Of a stretch of DNA of 64,000 bases, positions 52,224 through 64,000 are shown in pieces. The first letter of the stretch is position 1, and every line of letters starts with the position of its first letter. Below the pieces are notes generated by a model. It was not told where the DNA came from. It saw only the letters and a list, made by a program, of their open reading frames with translations, and made no database searches. The stretch is from Proteromonas lacertae (Eukaryota): the NCBI GenBank assembly GCA_002245135.1, contig NGBS01001171.1:1-64000 (forward strand). Direction: 5' to 3'. A program made the translations under genes and the position numbers.

Positions 52224-55200
52224 ATCTTATTCTTATGGTTTTATAGATGATAATTTTAGAAGATTATAATCTCGAATTATATGATTTATTATCAACCTCC
52301 AGAACCCCACTTCGTGTGCAATTTAACATACAAAAAGGATTAGAAGTAAAAGGAGCAACTGTTCATACATTCACCGAGTTTAATGACACAACAACTCAAG
52401 AAATGTTAAACTTATATACAGAAGCAGTAAACCGAAGAACAATTGGTACAAGCAGTTTAAATCCAAAGTGTTCACTTGCTCATACAATAGTGGAAATTAC
52501 TGTAGAAGTGGAAAAGACTATTAATAATAAACAAATAACCAGAACAGGTCATATGTGTTTGATTGATTTAGCTGGTCATCAAGAGAAAGATAAAAGTAGT
52601 ACAGTCTCTTTAGATAAGCAGACAATTGAAATAAACAAGTCGTTATATAATTTGACAAATTTAATTTCTGATATTTATCGTAAACAAACTGAGTTTCAAA
52701 AATCAAAAAATAAAAGTACAAAGATGGAAATTAATCCAACTTATCTTCGTTCTTGTAACTTAACAAGATATTTATCTCCACTTTTGTTTCATAATAGCAG
52801 AGTGGCTGTATTACTATGTTGTTCTCCAGCTAAATGGAATAAAAATGAAACAATTAATACACTTCAATTTGGTGTTAAAATGATGAATTTGAAAACCGAT
52901 TTTTTAATACCAATCGGTAGTAAAGGTGAAGGTGAATTATCAAAGAATGAAGAAGAAATGGATAATTTGAGGAATGAATTTGAAGATGAGAAACAGAGAT
53001 TAATTAGAGATTATGTAAGTAAAATAGAAAAGATGAATAAACAACATGAAATTGAATTAGCTCAAATGAAAGAGAATAATGAATATAAACTGAAATATGA
53101 AGAATTGTTGAAGAAATATAACCAATTAAAGAATGATTATGATAAATTGAAATTAGAAAATGAAGAATTAAAGAATAGAAATAATCAGGTTGAAAGTGAT
53201 TTAAATAATTGTAGAAGTCAAAGTGGAAAGTGTCAAGCCCAAGTTCAAAGCCAAATTCAAGCAATTAACAAGCTGAAAATGGAAACTGAAAAGTTAAAAA
53301 AAGAAAATCAAGTATTGGGTAATACTAATAAAGGATTGAGAGTTCAATTAGGAAAGACTCAAACCAACTTGAAGAAAATTGTATTTATTCTTTTTTAATT
53401 GTTATTATATTCCATATATAGAATGATGATCATATGAAAGCAACAATGGTTACTTCAGAAATTCAAGAATTAAACAAGAATAAAGATGAAATAATAGCAA
53501 ACTTAGAGATGGAAATTGAACAATTGAAATCTGTCAAAACTGACTTAGAAACAGAGAATGAGGCAGTTACAACAACAAGTAACAATTTAAAAGAAGAGAA
53601 TGATAGTTTAAAGATCCAATTAGAGAAAATAGAAGATGAAATGGGTGAAATGCAAAGAAAACAAGAAGAAATGGAGATGAAAAAGATTGATGAAAATGAT
53701 GATGAAAATAGTAAAAGAAATAATTATAAAGCTGAGTTTTTATTACATGCAATAACAAAGTATAATGAATTATTAGATATCTTACCACCAGATGTATATA
53801 TTATTATTATTATTATGTGTTTATATAGAAGAGATTTAAGCAAATTAGAAGGCTAATAAAACTAGAATATGAGCGAGAAATGTTACAGAAAGAATATGAC
53901 ATAAATAAGGAAGAATATTCAAAGTTGAATGATAAGATAGCTAATTGTAAGAATCCTCAAATGAAAGAAGAGTTGATTGTATTTTTATATCATTTATTTG
54001 CATAGAAAAAGAGAAATGAACTCGAAAAGAAGATGAAAGAGCAATTAGAATTAATCAATGAAAAGAAAAAGAAAGTAGAAAAGTTAAGAAAGAAGAATAA
54101 ATTGTTTTTGACTTTATTAGAAGCAAATAAACATGAAAGAGGTGATTTATCATTACAATCTAAACACCAAAAATCATTATTGAATGATACAAAAGTATAT
54201 ATAATTATATTTGTGTTTTAGAATCATTTCCAAAAAGTCATTAAAGCATTTTATGAAAAGATTAAAGTAATCGAATCCATTGTTGATGTAAAAATTGATC
54301 AAGTAACAGATGATGATGATGATGGATCATCAATACCAAATTATTTCCAAATCAAAGAAAAGATACAAGAATTAGTATTTATATTATAATTATTTATTAT
54401 ATAATAGATGAAAAAAGCTATTAAAGAATTGAATGAAATAATGGAAAATGCCAAAAAATCAATAAAGAAGTATGAAAATAATACAAATGAAGATACAAGT
54501 GTATATAATATTATTATTTCCTTAATATTTATGTATTATATATAATAGAAGAATCTTAACAATGAAGTAAACATCTTTACTAATCAAATGACTGAATTGA
54601 ATAAAATCATTAGAGATGAGTTAGATGAAATATTTATACCAAATAGAACAATTGTATTCACATCGATATTCATATTATTATTTTATAGCCTGATCCGCGA
54701 ATGCCAAAATATTTCTCAAAGAAAGAAGAACTATTAAAAGTACTTGAACAATCTCTACAAGAATTCAATGAAGCAAAGAAATATATTGTAGATAACAGTG
54801 AAACAATTAACACTACAAATGAGATTGTGAATAAATACAACCAAATAAGAGATGTATTAAATGAGAAATTAGATTCGATATTCCAATTGTCACCAGAGTA
54901 TAAGTATTTGAGTTTAGAAGGAGATAATCCATTCAAATTTGATGAAAATGATAATGATAAAAAGAAGTTGAAGTGGTTTGTATAAATAAATATATTCTAT
55001 TTAATTATATCAATAGATAAGTAGAATTCTTAGAGAACTTCAGGAACTAATGACAACTACAAACAAAACAATTGAAGAAAATGAATTAGAAATATTAAAC
55101 TTAAGAATGGAGTTAAAGACACAATTTCAAATCCATCCAGATATCTTATTGAAATTACATCTGTACAATTTAAATAAATTATTATTGGATGATGCAATCA

Positions 55201-56098
55201 ACGGATATCAAAAACATTTAACTTCTATTGAAGTGAAACATAGACATATCCAAGAGTATTGTAACTTATTCATCAAAAATATCAAAGATGAGAAATTAAA
55301 AGAAAAATTCAGTGTAACTTTTGTTGATCCAAATAAAGAGATTGTTCAAATGAATATAATCTATAAGCATTTAATTAATCCTTATAATTATAATACATTT
55401 GATATTGTAAAGTATTTAAGAAGTGAGATTCCTTCACTTTATACTGGAAGAAAGATTCACGATTATTTCACACGAAAAGGTGAAGAGTATATGAGTCAAG
55501 ATTTTATTTATGATGCTGAAGTATGCTTTTTATATTTTTTTATTTATATTTCCAATAGTTATACTTCCCATCATTCTATAACCAATCCAAAGCCATATCA
55601 TTTCAAGATCTTCTTCGTGTAAAAGGAAATGCAGATTTATTAAGAATGAGTTTAAGTTTATTACAAATATTTTTACCTTTAATTGGATATGATTTAACAA
55701 TTAGAGATGATAAAACTGTTCTATGTAAAAGAATTAATGACCATGATAAATATAAAGCAAGAATAATGTTATTAAATGATTTTAACTATCAATTTTGTTT
55801 GACTCAGATATTCTATCATTTACAGGAGACTCACCAAGATGAAATACATATAGCAATATTAAATGCAATTAATGATAGTTTGAATGAAAAGAAGAGATAT
55901 AGCAAAATGTTGAAAATTGATATTTTGAGTGATTTGTATAGAAATGTATGGATTAGATTGATAAGTGATATTTCAGGAGAAGAAACTGAAAAGACATCTA
56001 AGGTTGACAAGCCAAAGGAGAAGATGAAGTTTGTTGATGATGAAGACGAAGATGATGATGAAGGAAATGAAAGTGATAATGACATTTATATATTTTAA
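51623..56098 (+). CDS. Divergent N-terminal-motor kinesin with long coiled-coil tail
   Basis: GYNTCVFAFGQVGSGKTFTM, LIDLAG, INKSL, ETINTLQFG. Splice junctions I checked join in frame; a single gene to 56098 is my best model. Confidence 0.8.
52179..52220. repeat. (TA)21 microsatellite in kinesin intron
   Basis: Direct read; shorter (TA)n tracts occur in many introns. Confidence 0.9.
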
Positions 56099-56217
56099 TT
56101 CGTAAAAATTTATTGATATTGTTATATTTTGTTAATTTTCTTATTCATTTTTTGTTGAATAGTAAGGACTAATAATTACAAGCTTTTTCTTTCAAACTAT
56201 TTACATTTTTCTTTTTT

Positions 56218-56661
56218 ATGGCTGGTAAACAAGCTAGAAGACATAGAATTTGTGCTAAAAAGAAGGGATGGAAGAAACTAAGGTCAGTCAAAAATCGACC
56301 AAAGGATTTAGATCAGATACAAGTATCATTCTTTCTCTAATGATGTAGGATGAAATAAAAAAAGAAATAGAATTGAAAGAAAAAGGTATTGAAGTAGTTA
56401 GAGAATTTGATGAAGATCTTCCTGGGTATGAATATCTACTGTAATGCATTAGAGGTGGTCAATTCTATTGTACTCCATGTGGTAGATATTTTAAAGATGA
56501 AGAATCTATGCGCAAACATGAATTATGCAAAATTCATAAAAAGAAGTATAACTATATATTATTCATCAATTTTATTGTTTTGTCATAGAGTTAAAGCAGC
56601 AGCAGAGCCGCAGTACACACAAAAGGAAGCTGAAGAAGCAGCAGGAATGACACATGAATAG
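56218..56661 (+). CDS. BUD20: Zinc finger ribosome biogenesis protein BUD20/ZNF593
   Basis: KDLDQIQ, DEDLPGGGQFYCTPCGRYF, HKRRVK, YTQKEAEEAAG over four exons. Confidence 0.9.
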
Positions 56662-56952
56662 TTTATATTTTAGATATGTGATATTAATATGTAATTGCTT
56701 TGTATATGTGTGTTTTTCTACTGAAAATACTAGCATTAATATATATTTACATTTTTGAATAAATTAAACCAATTAAACATGTTATATTGAATTTTATACG
56801 TTTAAATCTATGTAACTAAAGTAATTTTTAAAAATAAATTAATTATAACTGTTAGAAGATTCTAAAATTCACAGTTAAAATGAAAAATGATTGGAACAAA
56901 TAAAAATAGTTGTTATAAAAATTCAAAACTTTGAACCTAAAATCAAAATATA

Positions 56953-57981
56953 ATGCCAAAAAACCAAGTATATCCAGACGAAATCGTATCTAAAGCTACA
57001 CATGCAACCGCACAAGCTCCAGTAAAGCCATTAAACAAAGCACAGCGTCCTGCACTAGCTGATATCACCAATGGAGGTTCTTCAAGAAATATAATCCGTT
57101 CCAATTTCAATCATGCAGATAGTTATGTCAAAAACCAAGCAAGATATTCTTCAGAGTTCAAGGATGCTGATGACATTGATGAAGGAGATGAAGAACACCC
57201 TCTTGAAGCTGCGCAATACGTCAATGAGATATATCAATACTACAGAGAGCAAGAACTCAGATTCTGTGTAGATCCTGAGTATATGAGTCGTCAGCCAAAG
57301 ATAAGTCCCAAAATGAGAGAAATTTTGATTGACTGGTTGATAGATGTACATGTTAAATTCAATATGCAACCAGAAACCTTGTTTTTAACAGTCAACTATT
57401 TAGATCGATTTTTGGAGATGTGTCCTGTAGCTAGAAATAAATTGCAATTAGTTGGAATAACATGTTTATTAATTGCAGCAAAATATGAAGAAATGATGTT
57501 TCCAGAAATTAGAGATTTTGTGTATATAACAGATAACGCTTATACTCGTGAAGAAATATTAAAAATGGAATCAGTCATAGTCTCACATCTAAAATTCGAC
57601 TTAACTCTTCCAACAATATACAGATTCTTAAATCGTTACCTTAAAGCAGATCGTGGCAAAGAATGTCATAAAGTATGTGCTGAATACTTAGCAGAAAGAT
57701 GTTTACAGAGTTATGAAATCTTACATTTCAGTCCATCACTTATTGCATCATCATGTGTTTATTTATCAAATATTCTAATGAAAAACAATCAATATTGGAC
57801 ACCCTGTTTATCTAAATATACAACTTATAATGCTAGAGATTTAGAAAAATGTTGCAAAGTGATTATCTGTATGTTAAGTGATTCATCTAATGAATTAGAA
57901 GCCTGTAAAAGAAAATTTGCTGGAAATCAATATTCTGGTGTTAGTAGATATGTTGAGAATAACTTGGCATTATTTATGTAA
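56953..57981 (+). CDS. B-type mitotic cyclin (intronless)
   Basis: D-box RPALADITN; cyclin box MREILIDWL, LQLVGITCLLIAAKYEEM. Confidence 0.92.
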   Translation: MPKNQVYPDEIVSKATHATAQAPVKPLNKAQRPALADITNGGSSRNIIRSNFNHADSYVKNQARYSSEFKDADDIDEGDEEHPLEAAQYVNEIYQYYREQELRFCVDPEYMSRQPKISPKMREILIDWLIDVHVKFNMQPETLFLTVNYLDRFLEMCPVARNKLQLVGITCLLIAAKYEEMMFPEIRDFVYITDNAYTREEILKMESVIVSHLKFDLTLPTIYRFLNRYLKADRGKECHKVCAEYLAERCLQSYEILHFSPSLIASSCVYLSNILMKNNQYWTPCLSKYTTYNARDLEKCCKVIICMLSDSSNELEACKRKFAGNQYSGVSRYVENNLALFM

Positions 57982-58227
57982 TTAAATTAATTAGAAAGAA
58001 ATGCCAAATATATCATCATCAGAACATATATAAATCCTTAATCCTATCATCTAAAAGTAACAATTATCTTCAATCATTCTTTTATTTATTAAAAAGGAAG
58101 TATATTCTTTTTTAAAATAAGTTTTTTTCTATATATAGTTGTTTTTGTTATTGATTATTATAATGATATTTGATTCTGATTTGATCATAATAGATTTAAA
58201 TATTAATTAATTTTTATTTTTCTAGCA

Positions 58228-58668
58228 ATGAGAAATATCTATCTATTTGTTATTTTATTTATATGTATTAGTGTAGTTACAGCAAGACCAAAAATTAATA
58301 AAGTTAGTAAAGATAAACAACATAAAAGTGAAGAAGTGAATAATGAAATGGAAAAAGAACAAATTCAAGCTAAACTGGATATGGAAAGAGATAATAAAGC
58401 ATTTGTTGACAAACATATAAACGCTCTAGTGAATCATTTTTATCCTGATCCTAGTCATCAAATGTTAGTGAAAGATAAGAATTTTGAATATCCAACAGAC
58501 TATGAAGATTGTCAAAATGATTTAATAGCAACTTGGAAGAAATATTGCGGAGAAGTAACAGACTATCTAAAAGAACAGTATCATACATTTAAGAATTTGT
58601 GTTCAATGCATCATGGGGATACTGATGAGTTTTTCATATTTCTAAAGGAATCTTGTTTGAATGATTAA
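58228..58668 (+). CDS. Small secreted hypothetical protein
   Basis: 146-aa ORF with signal-peptide-like N-terminus and four Cys in the C-terminal half. Confidence 0.7.
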   Translation: MRNIYLFVILFICISVVTARPKINKVSKDKQHKSEEVNNEMEKEQIQAKLDMERDNKAFVDKHINALVNHFYPDPSHQMLVKDKNFEYPTDYEDCQNDLIATWKKYCGEVTDYLKEQYHTFKNLCSMHHGDTDEFFIFLKESCLND

Positions 58669-58724
58669 TATTAGAAAGATATATACATTCAGCAAAAACA
58701 AAATAAAACGAAAAATAAATAACA

Positions 58725-60134
58725 TTAATCATAATTTCCATATATGTAAAAATAAAAAGTAAATAATTGATTCATTTCTTCTTTCATTTTTTCATATTTA
58801 TTTAAACCTTCAAAAAAACTATCGCTTCTCCAAATTATCAATGAATCACTGTTTCTATCTATTTCAATATTATTCTCATCTACTTCTTCTATCCTACTGT
58901 CCATTTCTATATTTGAGGTTTCAACAGGAGATAAAAACAAATTAGAATTCTTTAAATTATTTTCATCATTATTGATGATATAACAACAACTATATTTCAC
59001 TCCATTCTCGTTTAATTGAGATACTCCACTATCGAGTCTTGGTTTGGAGTATTGGTTATTAAATTGACTTACTTTTAACATAAATGAATTGGGTAGAGGT
59101 ATACAAAGATGCAAATTATCTATTTTCAATTTCAAATTTAATTCATATGGTAATCCCTATGAAACGATATGTAAATATAAATAATACTTGTAAACGAGTC
59201 ATTAATTTAAATATTGATGGATATTTTACTTGCAGTTGATCAGGTTCAAGCCAAATAAAATTACATTCATTATCTGGTGTGTTATATTGCAATATATCAG
59301 TAGAATTGAAATATCTAAAACAATCTTTAACTACTAATTTATTCAATACACCAACGTAATTGTGTATAACGGTATATTTCTTTGAAATTAATTCTGAAAC
59401 TGAAGAATCTGGTATTTGATTCCATTTAGCTATATATACATAATATATTAGTAATAAAACTATTATATACCTTGTGGTAGATTTATATCAACATAATTCT
59501 TCTGATTTTCACTCAATTTAGATTGTAATTTACTAGAATTCTCATGCATCATCTTAATAACGAATTTAGCAAAGGATTCATTAAATACTCTTGGTTTCAA
59601 GTATAGTTCAGTTTCATAAGGCATTATATCACCATTCTTTTTTCCTTTTTCTTTTGTTCTTTCTAAAACTTCATTTGCTTCCTTTTCAATCTCTTCCATT
59701 GATTCTAATATTATACGTTTATAAAATGGAATGTCCAAAAATGCTAAAAACGAGTGTGGAATATCATGTTCTTTTGGATTTATGCCAGGAAAGAGTGTTG
59801 TAACAAATTGATCAGGATCTAATAATCTTTGGAATAAACCATTTTCAAAAGATTCTTCTCGATTGTTGTTTTTCACCATTTCTCTTATATTGTCATATCT
59901 TGTGATTCGATTTGCATTTTTTGACTTTTTTTCTCCTTCGTATAACTGTCCTTTGCTGATAAATCCAGCCATTTTCTTCGTAACTTTATTTTCTTCATCT
60001 TCCCCTCTTTTCATACAAACAGCTTTGTGTTTCTTCCAATCAAGCTTCTGACATTCAGGTGAACAATAATGAACTAGTTTACATCTACTACATCTCAATT
60101 TTGCATCTTCTTTACTGCAATTATTACAATACAT
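58725..60134 (-). CDS. MYND zinc finger + degenerate prolyl-4-hydroxylase-like domain (EGLN1/PHD2-like architecture)
   Basis: CNNC..CSRCKLVHYCSPECQKLDWKKHKAVC; downstream YTVIHNYVG, FIWLE, RLDSG..NGVKYSCCYIIN and DSLIIWRSD follow the EGLN motif order. Confidence 0.65.
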
Positions 60135-60275
60135 AAAATGTTGTATTAATTTTAAAATATTGGGGGTTTGAAAATATAGAAAAAAAACGAAGTCAAGCCA
60201 GACAAACTTCATAACGTCAATTGAAGTTCGTTTTAATTTTTAAATCATTTTAGCATTTCTATTAGATATTAAAAT

Positions 60276-60593
60276 ATGGCTGATCATGTAATTGAAACTG
60301 TTATCCCAGACACACCAGACGGTGAAGCAGATATTGAAATTTCTGAACATTATGCACTTGATGATGAAGAAGAGGAAGAAAGCAGCACTGAAATTTTCGA
60401 TGATAGTCAACCAATGAATTCTGCACGTGCAACCAAAATGGCAAACCATGTAGTAAATAACATCATCGACAAGCTTGAGGAAGAAGATGCTGAAGAATGG
60501 CATATGAATTTGCAAAAGCAATTATATGAAATGAGTGCTTCTATTACAGCCTTTTCCAGAAAAGTTGATGAAGAGGCAAAAAAATTTACTTGA
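60276..60593 (+). CDS. Small acidic hypothetical protein
   Basis: 105-aa ATG-initiated ORF, relatively GC-rich, helical C-terminus. Confidence 0.7.
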   Translation: MADHVIETVIPDTPDGEADIEISEHYALDDEEEEESSTEIFDDSQPMNSARATKMANHVVNNIIDKLEEEDAEEWHMNLQKQLYEMSASITAFSRKVDEEAKKFT

Positions 60594-60789
60594 GTTAATT
60601 ATCAGTATAATTTATGTAATTATTAGCTATGTATTTAAGGGAAATTGGCTTCATATTCAAATTTATACTGTTTTTTTAATATTTTACACTGATTTTTTAT
60701 TTTTTTCATCAAAACTAAACAAATAAACAATTAAATTAAAGAATCATAAATAACACCAATATATATATTAAATTAACTCAAGAAATATC

Positions 60790-61374
60790 CTATTCCCTCC
60801 AGTATCTTACGAAACACACTGAATCATATGCACTAGCTATACATACAAATGGATAAACAACATTCTTTATATTTGACCACAATAATATTTCTTTACCATT
60901 TTCTTGTTTTATTGACATTGTTTTATCATTCATATTATATATCACTTCATATTCTACTCCTTCTTTACCATACACTTCGTCAAATCCATCTTCTTTCATC
61001 CTTGTTCCATTCAAACCATATAAATATGAACAATCATCCCAAAGACCGATACTGCAAGAAGTTAAATATTTATATAGACGACATCCATCAAATCTAAACT
61101 CTCTGGAACATCCAAAATATATAGCACTTGTTCTATGTAATATTACAAAAATGAAGTGGTGTATTCCACTCCCCATTTGCACATTTAAATAACAATGAGG
61201 CCAACTTTGGCATCCACCATTTCCATTTCTTATTGTCTTACCGTCATCACTTACAAATATTGAACTATGTTTATAGTCGTTCATAAAGAATTTGTTTTCA
61301 TCGTTATATGTCCTCTGCATACATTCATCTATATTTCGATACACTTTCAACAGTATCTCCATCAAAAAAAACAA
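60790..61374 (-). CDS. SPRY/B30.2-like domain protein (5' part unresolved, possibly decayed)
   Basis: IFVSDDGKTI, MGSGIHHF, IYFG, YNMNDKTMSI, VYPFVCI pattern. Confidence 0.55.
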   Translation of the reverse strand: MFFLMEILLKVYRNIDECMQRTYNDENKFFMNDYKHSSIFVSDDGKTIRNGNGGCQSWPHCYLNVQMGSGIHHFIFVILHRTSAIYFGCSREFRFDGCRLYKYLTSCSIGLWDDCSYLYGLNGTRMKEDGFDEVYGKEGVEYEVIYNMNDKTMSIKQENGKEILLWSNIKNVVYPFVCIASAYDSVCFVRYWRE

Positions 61375-61924
61375 AAAACAATTATAAAACGGATAAATGA
61401 AACGATTAGTATTTTAGAAATTAGAGAAAACAATAACATATTACATTATATAATTATATATCAGTATAATCTTATCCTTCTGAGTTTCATCAATATTATA
61501 ATTTAAACTTTTCATAGTTATATACAAATCTAATAAATATCTACAAAAAATATGAAAATATTATGAATAAACTACTATATGTAATAATAATCATATTTTA
61601 ATATTTTAATAATATAAAATCAATATAATGTTCAGTAATACAAGACTAAGCTGAATTATTTAAGTTAACAACCATTAAGAATTTGCATCTTTTCCTTAAT
61701 GTCTATTGTCATTTGTTGCATAGTTTAATTGTCTAATTTTTTTATATACATCAGCAAATAATCTATAATTCTAAAGCTTTCTACATCAAGTACTTTTAAT
61801 CCAACATTTTAAGCTTCCATTTAATTATTTCAATTTCTTCAACATTAATGACTAATAACTACATTTATTCAAAAAATCATTCAAAATTTTTATTCGTTTC
61901 ATTATTGAAACATCTTATTTTTAA

Positions 61925-63299
61925 ATGGACTATCCGCCATTAGATTTTATTTCACAATCAGTAGCAAAACTAACATTTCGTATTTTCTATATATGTGTTA
62001 TATTATTGTAGTTAATCATGTTGATATTGATCTAGTTTGTATAGCATATAAAGAAATGTCGGATAAGTATAAATTTATTTCAGTTATTCATTTCATATAT
62101 TAGTGGTCGTAGAAAAATAGGTCATAAAGAGTTTACTGAATCTGTAGGTTGTGAAGATAACAATCTGGCAAAATTTATATTTGAAAGATATCGTATAAAT
62201 TATTCATTTAAATATCTAGATCAATATGAGTGGAATGATTTCTTTCAATTTGTAATAATAATATGCTTTTTTCCTGGTGATTGGTTTATCAGATGTATGA
62301 ATATACATTAATTATTGTTGTTCTAATTAAATAGATGTGGCGTCATTTATTGGAATTGAACATGATAGACAAGAATTAGACATTAATGAAGTAGCTGCAT
62401 TGACATCCCTACTAGGAAATGCTAATTTAATAAAAAATGCAAATGAAAACGAAAAACCATTAGAATTTCCATTATCGATAATTAAATTCGAACATCTTCT
62501 AGCAGAAACACCTGATTCAATCCGTTATCTAAATTCATTACAAACATCAGTGACAAGTTATGTATTTAACAATACAAAGAAAGCTTATGAGATATACCAA
62601 CGAAGAAAAAGGATCAATTATAAAAGAGAATATGTTGATAATCATCATGGTGAATTACCTCCATTAACCTGTAAAGAATATATGAAAAAAATATTTTCTA
62701 AAAACCATCGACATCCTTATATTTATGACTATGAAATTACAGGTAATTCTGAGAGAGAGACTCTTTATTTAGTCTTGACTTATTATAGAAATAAATTCTC
62801 TAATTTATGCCGTTTAAAGAAGAACAGTAGTACTAAAACATCCTCTGGTGGTACTACAACACCTAACAATAATCCAGGTAATGCAAGTGCATCTAGATCC
62901 TACCGATCTATCAATAAATCAATAACCAATCTTATAGCGGAGGAATGTAGTAATGGAATACCTACTTCCAGTGGTGGTGGTGGTGAATATAGAGTTACAA
63001 CAACAACAACAACAACAACACTTAATTCGCTTCCAAGTTCACATAATACGAATCCTTTATCACCTGCAGCTACTACAACTATTCTTAATAATACTAATAG
63101 CAGTTCATATAGTAACAGTAATAGCAATAATAATAATAATAATATTATTGTTCCTTTACCTACTAATAGTAGTTTATATACTGGTATTAAAAGGGCTTCT
63201 GTTGTTCCTATTTCGTATAGGACTCAGACTGCTTGTACGGGATGTAGTTCTAGAGCGACTGTTAATTTAGATCCTTTTAATGAAACAATAACAGAATAA
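61925..63299 (+). CDS. Hypothetical protein, degenerate EF-hand-like N-terminus and S/T/N-rich tail
   Basis: MDYPPLDF start, several short introns, long terminal exon 62337-63299. Confidence 0.6.
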
Positions 63300-63549
63300 T
63301 AGAATAGAATGTAACTTAATGAAAAATGAAATATATATATATATATATTATTTATCTTAGTTAATTAATTTGATTTATATTATTGTTTCTTGTTTTTTTT
63401 AATATACAAATAAAAACAAATGGCAATTTACCAAAATAGATTAAATTTAGTTGAAAAATGACTTACAGTAAATTATATATTTACATAAAGTTATATATTA
63501 AAATATGTAGACTAGACAGCATTATTAAATCGTGTAAATTAACAGACAT

Positions 63550-64000
63550 TTAAATTTTGAATTTCTTTAATACATCTTTCATCTCTTCATTTAAATTATC
63601 AAATACAATATTAAATTTAACAATCATATCACCCTTCTCACAACTATTTCTTTCACAATTAAAGTAAATCATTCCACATTTAGGTATTACCATCACTGAA
63701 TTACTCGATTTTAGACCTTCAATGTGTTTATTGATTATTTTACCATCAATAGTTGGAATACTAATCTCAGTACCAAGTAAAGCATCAATCCAATTAATTT
63801 CTACTTCATATATTAAATCATTATTAATGCGCTTATATTTCTTGTTTGGAATTTCTTTTACTACGAATTGGATTGACGTTGGATCATAATCAAGTAAATC
63901 TTTTAATGCACTATATATATTATAAATAAATATAATAATAATAATAATGATAATATACGTTGGAGTTTTTAATACAGTTCCATTGGCGCTTCCTTTAGGT
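63550..64000 (-). CDS. DnaJ/Hsp40 C-terminal domain (partial; start beyond window)
   Basis: YKRINNDLIYEVEINWIDALLGTEISIPTIDG, KGDMIVKFNIVF. Confidence 0.85.
   Translation of the reverse strand, partial: PKGSANGTVLKTPTYIIIIIIIIFIYNIYSALKDLLDYDPTSIQFVVKEIPNKKYKRINNDLIYEVEINWIDALLGTEISIPTIDGKIINKHIEGLKSSNSVMVIPKCGMIYFNCERNSCEKGDMIVKFNIVFDNLNEEMKDVLKKFKI

Noticed and set aside
56322..56348. BUD20 intron starting GTATCATT as a second U12 intron
   Set aside because: Under 30 nt, normal GT-AG ends and a weak branch match; indistinguishable from the common GTAT donor.
61375..61900. Decayed 5' exons (BTB-like) of the SPRY gene
   Set aside because: Coding-like composition, but multiple stops and no model I could support.
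1..64000. Stop codons created by polyadenylation (Blastocystis hallmark, TGTTTGTT motif)
   Set aside because: Every gene end I could resolve has a genomic stop. TGTTTGTT at ~12005 and TGTCTGTT after the DnaJ stop are merely downstream of normal stops.
1..64000. tRNA, rRNA, transposase or viral genes
   Set aside because: None recognisable by eye.

Overview
Very AT-rich, gene-dense eukaryotic DNA with many tiny introns (about 25-55 nt, mostly GTAT...TAG). Because of these introns, the ORF track shows exon fragments, and I rebuilt gene models by hand. Intron size, compact spacing and one probable U12-type intron suggest an opalinatan stramenopile (Blastocystis/Proteromonas-like); this is inference only. 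The dominant structure is a giant inverted repeat. Its arms are 1-17301 (running off the window) and 19668-37051+, around a unique 2,366-bp spacer holding a GalNAc-transferase and a guanylate kinase. Each arm carries seven genes: a WW-WW class I-like PI3K, a dynamin/EHD-like GTPase, an M1AP-like protein, a HECT E3 ligase, a myristoylated pseudokinase-TPR, a WHIM/PHD chromatin protein and a hypothetical protein. The arms are near-identical except in the HECT gene, which has a sharply bounded, highly divergent ~330/390-bp cassette. The arm boundary lies in a 48-bp quasi-palindrome. The pseudokinase-TPR gene has one phase-0 exon per 39-aa repeat. The single-copy right part encodes Tubby, TFIIE-alpha, PPEF, an HtrL-like protein, mitochondrial-type MDH, a pseudokinase-LRR, DNAJC2, DNAAF11/LRRC6, a divergent kinesin, BUD20, cyclin B, an apparently dead EGLN1-like MYND-hydroxylase, a SPRY protein and a DnaJ C-terminus. 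Several 1-bp frameshifts in or beside homopolymers are probably assembly errors.
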